From an uncultured Candidatus Saccharibacteria bacterium (lineage in GTDB: Bacteria; Patescibacteriota; Saccharimonadia; Saccharimonadales; CAYZZS01), in the NCBI GenBank assembly GCA_964620175.1, contig CAZUIL010000003.1, forward strand, positions 4,281 to 68,280: a stretch of 64,000 nucleotides of DNA, given 5' to 3'. A program made the position numbers and the translations under genes. Numbering within the stretch: position 1 is the stretch's first letter; every line of letters begins with the position of its first letter. Below the pieces are notes generated by a model. It ran no database searches and had not been told where the DNA came from. It worked only from the letters and a program-made list of their open reading frames with translations. Positions 51,755 to 62,105 of this stretch are shown piece after piece.

Positions 51755-53719
51755 ATGAGCATGTTTAAGTTAACCTCTGATTACAAACCGACAGGTGACC
51801 AACCTGCGGCTATTGATGCACTGGCCAACGGTTTGGTAAACGGCGAAAAAGAGCAGGTGTTGCTGGGTGTAACCGGTTCCGGCAAAACATTTACGATGGC
51901 GAATGTTATTGAACGGCTACAGAAGCCGGCCTTGGTGCTCAGCCATAACAAGACACTGGCTGCTCAGCTGTACAGCGAATTTAAATCATTTTTTCCGAAT
52001 AATGCGGTCCACTACTTTGTCAGCTATTTCGATTACTACCAACCAGAGGCGTACATTCCCCGCACTGACACCTACATCGAAAAGGACAGTCAAATTAATG
52101 AAGAGATCGACAGACTGCGACACGCTGCTACTGATGCGCTTTTAACCCGCAAAGACGTACTGATTGTCGCGAGTGTCAGCTGCATTTACGGTATCGGTTC
52201 AGTGGAAGATTATGGTGAAATGTCCCTTTCGGTGCGGCGGGGCGAGGTACGGAAACGCGACAAGTTTATGCGCCATTTGACCGATATCCAATACCAGCGC
52301 AATGACATTGATTTCCACCGCGGCACATTCCGGGCAAGGGGTGACGTGGTCGATGTGTATCCGGCCGGCGAAGAAGTCGCGTACCGGGTTGAGTTTTTTG
52401 GCGATGAGGTTGAGCGCATTACGAAAATCGATCCGCTCACCGGCGAAATCCTAGCCGAGCTCGATATGGTTCGCATATTCCCCGGATCCCACTATGTGAC
52501 GCCGTACGACAAACTAAAAGTTGCGCTCGGCCACATTGAGCGTGAGCTTGATGAGCGGCTGCAGTACTTTAACCAGCGAGGCATGCTACTGGAGGCTCAG
52601 CGTTTGCAGCAGCGTACACGGTTTGACCTTGAAATGCTCGAGGAAACAGGGTTTGTCAAAGGGATTGAGAACTATAGCCGCTACCTTACGAACCGTGCCC
52701 CTGGCGAGCAGCCGGCTACGTTGCTTGACTACTATCCGGACGATTTCTTGATGTTCGTTGATGAGTCACACATGACGATGCCGCAGATCCGCGGCATGTA
52801 TAACGGCGACCGGGCAAGGAAAGAGGTGTTGGTGGAGCATGGTTTTCGACTGCCAAGTGCGCTTGATAACCGGCCGCTGACGTTTACGGAATTTGAAAGA
52901 CATATCAATCAGGTGGTGTATGTAAGCGCGACTCCGGCAGCGTATGAGCTAACACGCAGTCCTAAGCCGGTTGAGCAGGTGATCAGGCCTACCGGCTTGC
53001 TCGATCCGATCATCGAGGTGCGGCCAATAAAAGGGCAAATCGATGATCTCATAAGTGAAATTAAGCAAACCGTAGACAAACGGCAACGGGTGCTGGTCAC
53101 AACACTGACGAAACGCATGGCGGAAGATCTTACTGAATACCTGAAGGAAATTGACATTAAAGTAACGTATCTGCACAGTGATATTGATACTCTCGAGCGC
53201 ACTGACATACTCCGTGATTTACGGCTTGGCACCTATGATGTCGTGGTAGGTATCAACCTGCTCCGTGAAGGCCTTGATTTGCCTGAAGTTAGCCTGGTGG
53301 CGATTCTTGATGCTGATAAGGAAGGTTTTTTAAGGAGCGAGCAGGCATTGATCCAAACAGTAGGCCGCGCGGCAAGGCACATCGAAGGCAGGGTCATTAT
53401 GTATGCTGATTCGGTTACCGGCAGCATGGAGCGTACTATTAATGAAACGAACCGACGGCGAAAAATCCAGGAACACTACAACAAGGAACACGGGATTACG
53501 CCAAAAGGTATCGCCAAGGCGATAGAAAAAGGCCTCAGGCCGGATTTGCCTGAGGAAGCGAAGCGGGCAAAACTCGACCTAAAAAAGATACCGAAAGATG
53601 AATACGGCCACTTACTCAAAGACCTCACAGCCCAGATGGATATGGCAGCCGCAAACCTAGAGTTTGAGAAGGCGGCAGAGCTGCGTGACATTATTGCCGA
53701 CATTAAGAAGCGGCTTTGA
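51755..53719 (+). CDS. uvrB: excinuclease ABC subunit B
   Basis: [12 protein letters not shown], Walker [10 protein letters not shown], helicase motifs, C-terminal UVR domain. The track start at 51749 is TTG; ATG at 51755 or 51761 is more likely. Confidence 0.95.
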   Translation: MSMFKLTSDYKPTGDQPAAIDALANGLVNGEKEQVLLGVTGSGKTFTMANVIERLQKPALVLSHNKTLAAQLYSEFKSFFPNNAVHYFVSYFDYYQPEAYIPRTDTYIEKDSQINEEIDRLRHAATDALLTRKDVLIVASVSCIYGIGSVEDYGEMSLSVRRGEVRKRDKFMRHLTDIQYQRNDIDFHRGTFRARGDVVDVYPAGEEVAYRVEFFGDEVERITKIDPLTGEILAELDMVRIFPGSHYVTPYDKLKVALGHIERELDERLQYFNQRGMLLEAQRLQQRTRFDLEMLEETGFVKGIENYSRYLTNRAPGEQPATLLDYYPDDFLMFVDESHMTMPQIRGMYNGDRARKEVLVEHGFRLPSALDNRPLTFTEFERHINQVVYVSATPAAYELTRSPKPVEQVIRPTGLLDPIIEVRPIKGQIDDLISEIKQTVDKRQRVLVTTLTKRMAEDLTEYLKEIDIKVTYLHSDIDTLERTDILRDLRLGTYDVVVGINLLREGLDLPEVSLVAILDADKEGFLRSEQALIQTVGRAARHIEGRVIMYADSVTGSMERTINETNRRRKIQEHYNKEHGITPKGIAKAIEKGLRPDLPEEAKRAKLDLKKIPKDEYGHLLKDLTAQMDMAAANLEFEKAAELRDIIADIKKRL

Positions 53720-53758
53720 CGGGCGCTACGGACAACCTCTGTTAGAGATTGAAATCTT

Positions 53759-53767
53759 TGCTATACT
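53759..53767 (+). promoter_or_regulatory. extended -10 element TGcTATACT upstream of gatC (leaderless geometry)
   Basis: 7 nt upstream of ATG 53775. No Shine-Dalgarno. Confidence 0.45.
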
Positions 53768-53774
53768 AAGCTGA

Positions 53775-54065
53775 ATGACGAGACTTACCAAAGACGATAT
53801 ATTAAAGCTGGCCCGTTTAGCCCGCCTCCGGCTTGAAGACAATGAGATTGATAGGTTTGCTCGTGAAATCAGTGCTATCCTGGCGTACGTTGAGCAGCTC
53901 CAGTCAGTCGATGTAAAGGGATTAAAGCCCACTTCACAGGTCACCGGCCTTAAAAATGTCATGCGCCCTGACGTACTGACCAAAGAAGGACCAAGCGCAA
54001 AGGAATTACTACGCAATGTCCCGGCAACTGAAGATGGCCATATCAAAGTGAGACGGATGATATGA
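53775..54065 (+). CDS. gatC: Asp/Glu-tRNA amidotransferase subunit C
   Basis: 96 aa: ILKLARLARLRLEDNEIDRF...ILAYVEQL. Confidence 0.9.
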   Translation: MTRLTKDDILKLARLARLRLEDNEIDRFAREISAILAYVEQLQSVDVKGLKPTSQVTGLKNVMRPDVLTKEGPSAKELLRNVPATEDGHIKVRRMI

Positions 54066-55507
54066 CAATGACCAGGGACAGTGCCGCCGGGCAGTGGCCG
54101 GCAATACCGGCTATTGCTGCAGAAGTACAGGCAGGAAAGCTCAAAGCCGCCGACATGGTCGAAAAGGCATTGACGCTCATTGATCAGCATAAAGAATTCA
54201 ATACGGTGATCGCGACAACGTCACAGCGGGCAAGGGAGCGTGCCGAGGAAATTGACAGGAAAGTTGCTGAAGGTGAAACGGTCGGTAGGTTAGCGGGCGT
54301 TCCATTTATCGCTAAAGACAACTTTTTAACGTTCGGGGCAGAAACCACAGCTGCCAGCAATATTCTCAAAGGTTTTGAAGCCCCATATCAGGCGACAGCC
54401 ATCGAACGGCTTGAACAAGAAGGCGCCATTTGCGTTGCAAAAGCAAACCTTGATGCTTTTGCCCATGGGTCGAGCACTGAACACAGCGATTTTATGGTCA
54501 CTCGCAACCCTCACGATACAACCCGCGTGCCCGGTGGCAGTAGCGGCGGTTCGGCCGCTGCCGTCGCACTGAGGTTGGCTCCCTTTGCGCTTGGTACCGA
54601 TACCGGCGGTTCGATACGCCTGCCGGCGAGTTTTACCGGCACGGTCGGGTATAAGCCGACATACGGGCTTGTTTCCCGCTATGGGGTAGTTGCAATGGCA
54701 AGCAGCACCGATGTGATAGGGCCAATCACTATGACAGTGGAAGATGCCGCGTTAATCCTCGATGTTATTGCTGGTCGCGACCGGTACGACAGCACCACGA
54801 TTGACCGTGATCCGGCTGGATACATCCAACTGCCAGACAATACCAAAGGCAAGAAAATCGGTGTTGTCAAAGAGTATATGGAGGAGGGGATTGAACCAGG
54901 GGTAAAACAGGTGATTGATGACAACATCAATGCCCTGAAGCAGGCTGGTTACGAAATAACCAGCGTTAGCTTGCCATCGCTGCCGCTTGCACTGGCGGTG
55001 TACTACATAATTTGCCCGGCTGAAATAAGCAGTAACCTGAGCCGGTATGACGGACAGCGGTTCGGCTATAGTTTTGGAGAGGCGAATGACCTGGAGGAGA
55101 GCTTTAGCTTGACACGGTCAGTTGGCTTTGGCGACGAGGCCAAACGGAGGATTATGATAGGGACCTATGTACTTAGCAGCGGTTACTACGACGCTTACTA
55201 CAAGAGGGCCCAAACCGTTCGGACCAAATTGATACAAGAGTTCGAAGCAGCTTTTAACAAATACGACTTTTTACTTGGCCCGACTGCCCCGTCGGTCGCG
55301 TTTAAGCTTGGTGAAAACGTCCAAGAGCCCCTGAAAATGTACCTTACTGACATAATGACGGTTGCTGCTAACCTCACTGGCATACCGTCAATCAGCATAC
55401 CAAGCGGCACGGTCGATGGGTTGCCGGTCGGGATGCAGCTTATGGCGGCGCAAAAGCAAGACAGGCAGTTATTGGGCCTGGCAAGAGCAGTAGAGGGTCT
55501 GCTGTAA
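54062..55507 (+). CDS. gatA: Asp/Glu-tRNA amidotransferase subunit A
   Basis: Amidase signature GGSSGGSAAAV. ATGA overlap with gatC. Confidence 0.95.
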   Translation: MTMTRDSAAGQWPAIPAIAAEVQAGKLKAADMVEKALTLIDQHKEFNTVIATTSQRARERAEEIDRKVAEGETVGRLAGVPFIAKDNFLTFGAETTAASNILKGFEAPYQATAIERLEQEGAICVAKANLDAFAHGSSTEHSDFMVTRNPHDTTRVPGGSSGGSAAAVALRLAPFALGTDTGGSIRLPASFTGTVGYKPTYGLVSRYGVVAMASSTDVIGPITMTVEDAALILDVIAGRDRYDSTTIDRDPAGYIQLPDNTKGKKIGVVKEYMEEGIEPGVKQVIDDNINALKQAGYEITSVSLPSLPLALAVYYIICPAEISSNLSRYDGQRFGYSFGEANDLEESFSLTRSVGFGDEAKRRIMIGTYVLSSGYYDAYYKRAQTVRTKLIQEFEAAFNKYDFLLGPTAPSVAFKLGENVQEPLKMYLTDIMTVAANLTGIPSISIPSGTVDGLPVGMQLMAAQKQDRQLLGLARAVEGLL

Positions 55508-55941
55508 TGTCACTGGAACAAGTGGCGGTACTGCTCGGAGCGGCTATCGGTTTTTTCGCCGTCTTTCTGGTGGTGCATAAAAAACGCCCGAAAAAACTGA
55601 AAGTTGAAAGGTATAATCAGAAGTGGAAAGAGCTGCAGCAGTTCTGTAAGGATAAGGCAACGTGGCCCGAAGCGATTTTCGCAGCTGATGCCCTGCTTGA
55701 CGAGGCGTTAAAGAGGCGGCGTTTTAAAGGTAAAAGCATGGGCGAGCGGATGGTAGCTGCACAGCGGAAATTCAGTGATAATGATCTTGTTTGGTATGCG
55801 CATAACTACTGTAAAAAAATTCGCGAACAGCCAACCAAGCGCCTTAAGAAAGCGGATGTACAAGAAGCGCTTATGGGATTCAGGCAAGCGCTTAAGGATA
55901 TAGGAGCTTTAGGAAATGACCAGCCAGGCAAACGGCGTTAA
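55507..55941 (+). CDS. hypothetical membrane-anchored basic protein (144 aa) inserted between gatA and gatB
   Basis: TAATG overlap with the gatA stop; its end overlaps the gatB start by 26 nt. One N-terminal TM, then a Lys/Arg-rich helical region. Confidence 0.55.
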   Translation: MSLEQVAVLLGAAIGFFAVFLVVHKKRPKKLKVERYNQKWKELQQFCKDKATWPEAIFAADALLDEALKRRRFKGKSMGERMVAAQRKFSDNDLVWYAHNYCKKIREQPTKRLKKADVQEALMGFRQALKDIGALGNDQPGKRR

Positions 55942-57394
55942 ATATATACCGACAATAGGCATCGAGACCCATGTCCAGCTTAAGACGGTAACGAAGCTTT
56001 TTTCCGCAGTTGCCAATGACGCTCGTGAAGCTCCGGCGAACACACTTATCAGTCCGGTATGCATGGGGCTACCCGGTGCGTTGCCGGTATTGAATGAGGC
56101 GGCGGTGCATGTAGCCATTAAGGCAGCCTTTGCCCTCGGGACCGAGCCTCAGCCTTTTAGTAAGTTTGATAGGAAGCATTACTTCTATCCCGATCTGCCA
56201 AAGGGCTACCAGATTACCCAATATGACCAGCCGATTATTGTCGGCGGATCGATAGAATTCGAAGTAGACGGCGAAAGTAAGCGTATCGGCATAACACGCG
56301 CCCATCTGGAAGAAGATGCCGGCAAGTCAATGCATCCGGCTGGCAAGGATTACAGTCTTGTTGACCTCAATCGGGCCGGTACGCCACTGCTCGAAATCGT
56401 TTCCGAACCCGAAATGCATAGCTCGGCGGAGGCCAAGGCTTATGCCAAGGAACTTTACTTAAGAATGAAGTATGCAGGCGTCTCAGATGCCGATCTGTTT
56501 TACGGCAATATGCGTTTTGACGTGAATGTCAGCGTTAGCCGGGAGCCAGGAAAACTCGGCACGCGTACCGAAACAAAAAACCTCAACAGCTTCCGGGCGA
56601 TCGAGAAAGCAGTCGAATATGAAATAAGCCGGCAAACCGAATTGCTTGAAAAGGGCCAGGCAATCATCCAGGAAACGAGAGGGTGGGATGATGCCAAGCA
56701 AAAGACCTTCTCCCAGCGTGAGAAGGAAGAAGCGCATGATTATCGGTATTTCCCTGAACCCGACCTGCCACCGATTGTGCTGAGCCCCGCGATGATCGAA
56801 CGTGCCAAGCGCGAGATGCCGGTTATGCCAGACGAGTGGCGCGAGCGTCTCGCACATCTCGGGCTTGACCGTAGCCAAACCAGTACTTTGTTAGAAGCTG
56901 AAGTCGAAGAAGGGGGAACGCACTACCTGCAGATCATTGACGCACTGTCAGAACAGAAGGACACCGCCAAGTCGGCTGCGAATTTAATGGTGAACGTCGA
57001 AATCCCCTTGCGTCGGTCTGGAAAAGTAGCGGCCAGCATGAATGATGAAGAACGTCAGCAGCTATACGAGGGAATTATTGGGTTGGCAAAAGCCGGCAAG
57101 CTAAGCTCTACAGGGAGCAAGAGCTTGCTTGAAACTATCCTAACCAGCGGTGCAAAGCCGAAGGCGATTGAACAGTACGCAGAGCAACAGGGCTTTATCC
57201 AGGTCTCGGACGAAAAGGAAATTGCCGCTATCGTAAAGGAGGTGATTAGCAACAATCCCACTGCTGTGAAGGATATCCAAGGCGGTGAAATGAAAGCAAT
57301 CGGCTTTCTTGTCGGGCAAATAATGAAAGCCAGCCAAGGCAAAGCTAATCCGCAGCTGGCGCAAAAGCTGATTAATGAGCAGCTCAATCTGTAG
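55916..57394 (+). CDS. gatB: Asp/Glu-tRNA amidotransferase subunit B
   Basis: IGIETHVQL..., ITRAHLEEDAGK, C-terminal YqeY-like domain. Confidence 0.95.
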   Translation: MTSQANGVKYIPTIGIETHVQLKTVTKLFSAVANDAREAPANTLISPVCMGLPGALPVLNEAAVHVAIKAAFALGTEPQPFSKFDRKHYFYPDLPKGYQITQYDQPIIVGGSIEFEVDGESKRIGITRAHLEEDAGKSMHPAGKDYSLVDLNRAGTPLLEIVSEPEMHSSAEAKAYAKELYLRMKYAGVSDADLFYGNMRFDVNVSVSREPGKLGTRTETKNLNSFRAIEKAVEYEISRQTELLEKGQAIIQETRGWDDAKQKTFSQREKEEAHDYRYFPEPDLPPIVLSPAMIERAKREMPVMPDEWRERLAHLGLDRSQTSTLLEAEVEEGGTHYLQIIDALSEQKDTAKSAANLMVNVEIPLRRSGKVAASMNDEERQQLYEGIIGLAKAGKLSSTGSKSLLETILTSGAKPKAIEQYAEQQGFIQVSDEKEIAAIVKEVISNNPTAVKDIQGGEMKAIGFLVGQIMKASQGKANPQLAQKLINEQLNL

Positions 57395-57444
57395 CTTGCA
57401 ATCCGCAAAGTTTAGTATAATGATACACATGGTAAGGTAAGGCT

Positions 57445-57726
57445 ATGGATATGAATACCAGCGAACAGGTCCTCGTCATATTTCTGTCAAGCGCACTAGC
57501 GGTGTTCCTGCTGGTGGCGATAATCGCGACCATTAAGCTGATCCAGATACTGAATCACATTAAGCGGATTACAGAAAAAGCTGAACAACTGGCTGATAAG
57601 GCGGAGGCGGTCGGTGAGTTCTTCCGCAAATCTGCCGGTCCGATCGCTGTCGGCAAACTGCTCTCAAATATCGTTGAAACAGTCTTCAAGCGAAAGCAAG
57701 GCAAGCGGAGGCGGTCTGATGGATAA
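57445..57726 (+). CDS. DUF948-like small membrane/coiled-coil protein
   Basis: N-terminal TM followed by a coiled coil (ITEKAEQLADKAEAVGEFF). Confidence 0.5.
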   Translation: MDMNTSEQVLVIFLSSALAVFLLVAIIATIKLIQILNHIKRITEKAEQLADKAEAVGEFFRKSAGPIAVGKLLSNIVETVFKRKQGKRRRSDG

Positions 57727-58129
57727 ACGGGCTAAGCGGCTGGCGGCCAGCGCACTCTTTGCAGGAGTTGCCGGCTACGTGGCAGGGATCCTTACGGCTC
57801 CTAAGAGCGGCAAGGAAACACGTAAGGACCTTCACAGGGCTGCGCTAAAGGCAAAAACAGAAGCAGAAAAGCAGTTGAAGGCACTGCACAGCGAGCTTGC
57901 AGTAACAATTGAGACGGGCAAACGGCAGGCAGGTAAATTAAAGAGTAAGGCACGGACAGAGCTTGACGCAGCTTTACAAAAGGCGACGAAGGCGAAGGAA
58001 AAATCACGGATACTATTGAGTGCCGTACGGGAAGGCCAGGCCGAAGATGAGGATTTGCAAAAAGCAATCAATGAAGCAAAGAGGGCAATCAAAAACCTAA
58101 AAAAGTACCTCAAAAAGAATGACAAATAA
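57719..58129 (+). CDS. YtxH-domain protein
   Basis: Start moved to ATG 57719. GILTAPKSGKETRKDL is the YtxH signature. Overlaps the upstream gene by 8 nt. Confidence 0.7.
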   Translation: MDKRAKRLAASALFAGVAGYVAGILTAPKSGKETRKDLHRAALKAKTEAEKQLKALHSELAVTIETGKRQAGKLKSKARTELDAALQKATKAKEKSRILLSAVREGQAEDEDLQKAINEAKRAIKNLKKYLKKNDK

Positions 58130-58379
58130 AGAAGAGAAGAAGCAATACGAACAACTTGGCAAGATGCTGGTAAGCATTTATGAAACCGGGTACCTGGACA
58201 AAGCCAAGTTCTACAAGATGAATTTTATCAAAGGCCTGGTTGCCGGGTTCGGCGGTGTCATAGGTGCCACTATCGTTGTTGCCCTGTTGTTATGGATACT
58301 GTCGCTCTTTCAGGAAATACCAATCATAGGGCCGCTCGTAGACAACCTGCGGGGCACGCTACAGGAGAACGGCAACTAG
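58119..58379 (+). CDS. DUF5665-like small membrane protein
   Basis: 86 aa: YLDKAKFYKMNFIKGLVAGFGGVIGATIVVALLLW. Confidence 0.5.
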   Translation: MTNKEEKKQYEQLGKMLVSIYETGYLDKAKFYKMNFIKGLVAGFGGVIGATIVVALLLWILSLFQEIPIIGPLVDNLRGTLQENGN

Positions 58380-58448
58380 CGCGTTGTAAAACTCACGAGA
58401 CATCAACCCGCTTAATCCATTTATAATAAGGTGGTAGATTGGGGGATT

Positions 58449-61400
58449 ATGGCTAAACACACCGCTAATGCTGGATTGGCAGTGGGGGACTTTGTCCACT
58501 TGCACAACCACACGCAATACAGCCTGCTCGACGGACTCACCAAGATTCCGCAACTACTTGATTTTGTTAAAACGTCAGGCATGGATGCCGTTGCCATGAC
58601 CGACCATGGCACACTGAGCGGCGCAATTGAATTCTATAAGGAGTGCAAAGCGCGTGGCGTAAAGCCAATTATTGGCATAGAAACCTATGTGGCGGCACGC
58701 AAGCATACGGACAAGGACCCGCAAAAAGACAAAAACCGCTTTCATCTTATAGTGCTGGCCATGAACAATACCGGCTACCAAAACCTTATGCGGCTTTCGA
58801 CGGTAGCAAACATGGACGGGTTTTACTACTTTCCAAGGGTTGACCACGAATTGCTTGAGCGCTACAACGAAGGGCTGATTGTATTGAGCGCCTGTATGGG
58901 TGGTGAGATAGGGAGTGCACTCAAAGAAGGGGACGTAGTTTCAGCTGAGAAAATTGCCAGGTGGTATAAGGGCGTGTTCGGTGACCGCTATTACCTGGAG
59001 ATCCAGGACCATGGACACCCTGATAACCCTAACAGTAACGACGAGCAGCGACAAATCAATGAAGCCATCCTCGCGCTTGGCAAGCGGCTCGGCATACCAG
59101 TCGTGGTGACGTGTGATGCACACTACCTCCAGCATGAGGACCAGGACGCGCACGAGGTACTGTTGTGCGTTGGGACCGGAGCGTTTTTGGCCGATGAAAA
59201 CAGGATGTCGTTAAAAGACTTCCCGCTGCATGTCACACCGCCAAAAGAGATCATAAGCAGGTGGGGAAGTTCGCACCCTGAAGTCGTTTTGAACACCAAA
59301 GCGATAGCTGAGCGCTGCAACGTTGAAATCGAGCTCGGCAAGATACTTATCCCGAAGTTTCCGGTTCCAGATGGCGAGACTGAGAAATCATACCTAACGC
59401 AACTAGTCTACCGTGGGCTCGCCCACCGCTATGGTGGCATCAGTGAGCCGGAAGCGGCTAAGCTTCAGTTTGAAGACGCAAAAAAAGCCCTGCCGACTGA
59501 CATTGCTGACCGTGCAGCCTACGAGCTGCAGGTGATAGATTCCATGGGATTTAACGGTTATTTTTTAATCATATGGGACTTTATAAAGTGGGGTAAGGAC
59601 AAGGGGATTGTCTTTGGCCCCGGACGCGGCTCGGCGGCAGGCTCCATCATCGCATATGCTCTTCGGATTACGGAACTCGATCCGATAAAGTATGATTTGC
59701 TGTTCGAGCGGTTCCTCAACCCTGATCGGATATCGATGCCGGACATTGATATTGACATCCAAGATACCCGACGCGATGAAGTTATCCAATACTGCATTGA
59801 AAAATACGGGTCGGACCGCGTCGCGAATATTGTTACTTTCGGCAGGATGGCAGCCCGCGCGGCAGTCCGTGATGTGGCGCGTGTACTGCAGGTTCCTTAC
59901 GCTGATGCGGATCGCATTGCCAAAATGATACCGCCTCCGGTACAGGGCCGACACGTGCCGCTTGAACGGTCAATCCAGGAAAGCCCGGAGCTGCACCACG
60001 AATACGAATCTAACCAGGCTGCTAAGCAGGTTTTTGACATGGCAGTACGTCTGGAGGGGACTATCCGAAGCCATGGCGTGCATGCCGCAGGCGTGGTAAT
60101 TGCACCAGGCGACATCGTCAAATACACACCACTGGAAATGGCGCAAAAGGGCGTAGTGACTACCCAATACTCCATGGGACCGATTGAGGACCTGGGATTG
60201 TTGAAAATGGATTTCCTTGGCTTATCAAACCTGACAATTATAAAAAATGCCCTCCGTATCATACGCAAGGTCTATGGCAAGGATATCGATATTGCCACCA
60301 TCCCGCTGGATGACAAGAAAACATACGAGCTTTTCCAGCGCGGTGATACAACAGGGGTCTTCCAGCTGGAGTCATCCGGCATGAAGCGTTACTTGAAAGA
60401 GCTAAAACCTACCGTCTTTGATGACATCATCGCGATGGTGGCGCTGTACCGGCCGGGTCCTTTGGCAGCCGGCCTTACCGATAAATTTATTGCCCGCAAA
60501 AACGGCCTGGAACAGGTCAGCTATGATCACCACCTCATGGAAACTGCGCTTAAGACTACCTACGGTGTACTTGTTTACCAGGAGCAAGTGATGCAGATTG
60601 CCAAGGACATGTGCGGCTTTACAGGCGGCGAAGCTGATACGCTTCGGAAGGCGGTCGGGAAGAAGATTCGGGAAATGATGGCTAAGCTTCGCGACAAAAT
60701 TGTCCAAGGCGCGGTGGATAATGGTGTAGAAAAACGCATTGCCGAAAAGTTCTGGAAAGACCTCGAGGGCTTTGCCGACTATGCCTTCAACAAGTCCCAT
60801 GCCGCTTGCTACGCGCTTATCGCATATCACACCGCGTATCTCAAAGCCAATTACCCTGAGGCATTTATGGCTGCACTCATGACCAGTGACTATGATGATA
60901 CCGACCGTTTAGCCATAGAAATCAATGAATGCCGGCACGTAGGGATAGACGTACTGCCGCCAGATGTTAACGAATCGTTCGTGGAGTTTGCGGTAGTGCC
61001 CAAGTCTCACCAGATCCGCTTCGGCATGGCCGCCATCAAGAACGTCGGCACTGGCGCGGTTGAGGAAATACTGCGTGCCCGTTCGATTGACGGTGCCTTT
61101 AAGAGCCTGGAAGACTTCCTTTCTAAGGTTAACTGCCGGATTGTTAACCGCAAAGCTCTGGAAAGCTTGGTTAAATCCGGTGCGTTTGACCGGTTTGGGG
61201 ATCGCGGCCAACTGTACAACAATCTTGAGGTTATGTTAGCGTACGCGAACCGGGTGCAAAAGGCAGCCAGCAGCGGCCAGACCGACCTGTTCGGCAACTC
61301 ACAGGAAAGCGGTGAGGATTTTACGCCCAAGCTCGTGCTTGATGAAACACTGCCGCCCATACCAGACAGGGAGCAGCTGCTTTGGGAGCGAGAACTGCTT

Positions 61401-62102
61401 GGCCTCTACCTTTCGCGTGATCCGCTCCAGGCCTTTGAAACTTTCCTCGCTGAACACACCGTGCCACTCAATACGATTAAACAGGAGCACGACAAGCGCA
61501 GCGTGACGGTCGGTGGCAGCATAAATGACAAACGGGAAATCACGACGAAAAACGGCCAAAAGATGGCGTTTATAAAGGTAGCTGACCAGTTTGATGAGAT
61601 CGAACTGGTACTGTTTCCAAGTATTTACCAGCAGACAATTGATATTTGGGACCGTGACAGAGTAGTGCTTGTAAAAGGCAAGGTTACTGCCAGGGACCGG
61701 GACGGCAACGTCAGCGAAGAGGTGAAAATACTGGTTGACGATGCCAGAGAGATAACATCAGCTCAAGCTGCCGCTTACCAGCCAACCGGCAAGAAACACA
61801 AACCCTTGGCGGCAAAGCGTCAAAAGGTAGCACAATCAGCTGCGCTCTCGGCCGCCGCGCCACCGGTGACGGATATAACCGAGCGCGTTTATATACGGCT
61901 CACCAGTACGGATGATCAAGAGGTGCTTACGCGGCTCAAGCAAACGATTGACGAACATCAAGGTGAAACGGAAGTAGTGCTGGTGCTTGGACCGCCAGAT
62001 AACAAACAAATAATAAAGCTGCCGATGAGAATGACAAGGAACGACATAGCTCTTGACCGGTTACAAAGCTTGGTGGGTGAGAACAATGTCCGGGTGCAGT
62101 GA
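58449..62102 (+). CDS. dnaE: DNA polymerase III alpha subunit
   Basis: PHP domain FVHLHNHTQYSLLDG, polymerase core, OB fold. ATG 58449 is preceded by GGGGGA; the track start at 58431 is less likely. Confidence 0.95.
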   Translation: MAKHTANAGLAVGDFVHLHNHTQYSLLDGLTKIPQLLDFVKTSGMDAVAMTDHGTLSGAIEFYKECKARGVKPIIGIETYVAARKHTDKDPQKDKNRFHLIVLAMNNTGYQNLMRLSTVANMDGFYYFPRVDHELLERYNEGLIVLSACMGGEIGSALKEGDVVSAEKIARWYKGVFGDRYYLEIQDHGHPDNPNSNDEQRQINEAILALGKRLGIPVVVTCDAHYLQHEDQDAHEVLLCVGTGAFLADENRMSLKDFPLHVTPPKEIISRWGSSHPEVVLNTKAIAERCNVEIELGKILIPKFPVPDGETEKSYLTQLVYRGLAHRYGGISEPEAAKLQFEDAKKALPTDIADRAAYELQVIDSMGFNGYFLIIWDFIKWGKDKGIVFGPGRGSAAGSIIAYALRITELDPIKYDLLFERFLNPDRISMPDIDIDIQDTRRDEVIQYCIEKYGSDRVANIVTFGRMAARAAVRDVARVLQVPYADADRIAKMIPPPVQGRHVPLERSIQESPELHHEYESNQAAKQVFDMAVRLEGTIRSHGVHAAGVVIAPGDIVKYTPLEMAQKGVVTTQYSMGPIEDLGLLKMDFLGLSNLTIIKNALRIIRKVYGKDIDIATIPLDDKKTYELFQRGDTTGVFQLESSGMKRYLKELKPTVFDDIIAMVALYRPGPLAAGLTDKFIARKNGLEQVSYDHHLMETALKTTYGVLVYQEQVMQIAKDMCGFTGGEADTLRKAVGKKIREMMAKLRDKIVQGAVDNGVEKRIAEKFWKDLEGFADYAFNKSHAACYALIAYHTAYLKANYPEAFMAALMTSDYDDTDRLAIEINECRHVGIDVLPPDVNESFVEFAVVPKSHQIRFGMAAIKNVGTGAVEEILRARSIDGAFKSLEDFLSKVNCRIVNRKALESLVKSGAFDRFGDRGQLYNNLEVMLAYANRVQKAASSGQTDLFGNSQESGEDFTPKLVLDETLPPIPDREQLLWERELLGLYLSRDPLQAFETFLAEHTVPLNTIKQEHDKRSVTVGGSINDKREITTKNGQKMAFIKVADQFDEIELVLFPSIYQQTIDIWDRDRVVLVKGKVTARDRDGNVSEEVKILVDDAREITSAQAAAYQPTGKKHKPLAAKRQKVAQSAALSAAAPPVTDITERVYIRLTSTDDQEVLTRLKQTIDEHQGETEVVLVLGPPDNKQIIKLPMRMTRNDIALDRLQSLVGENNVRVQ

Positions 62103-62105
62103 TTG

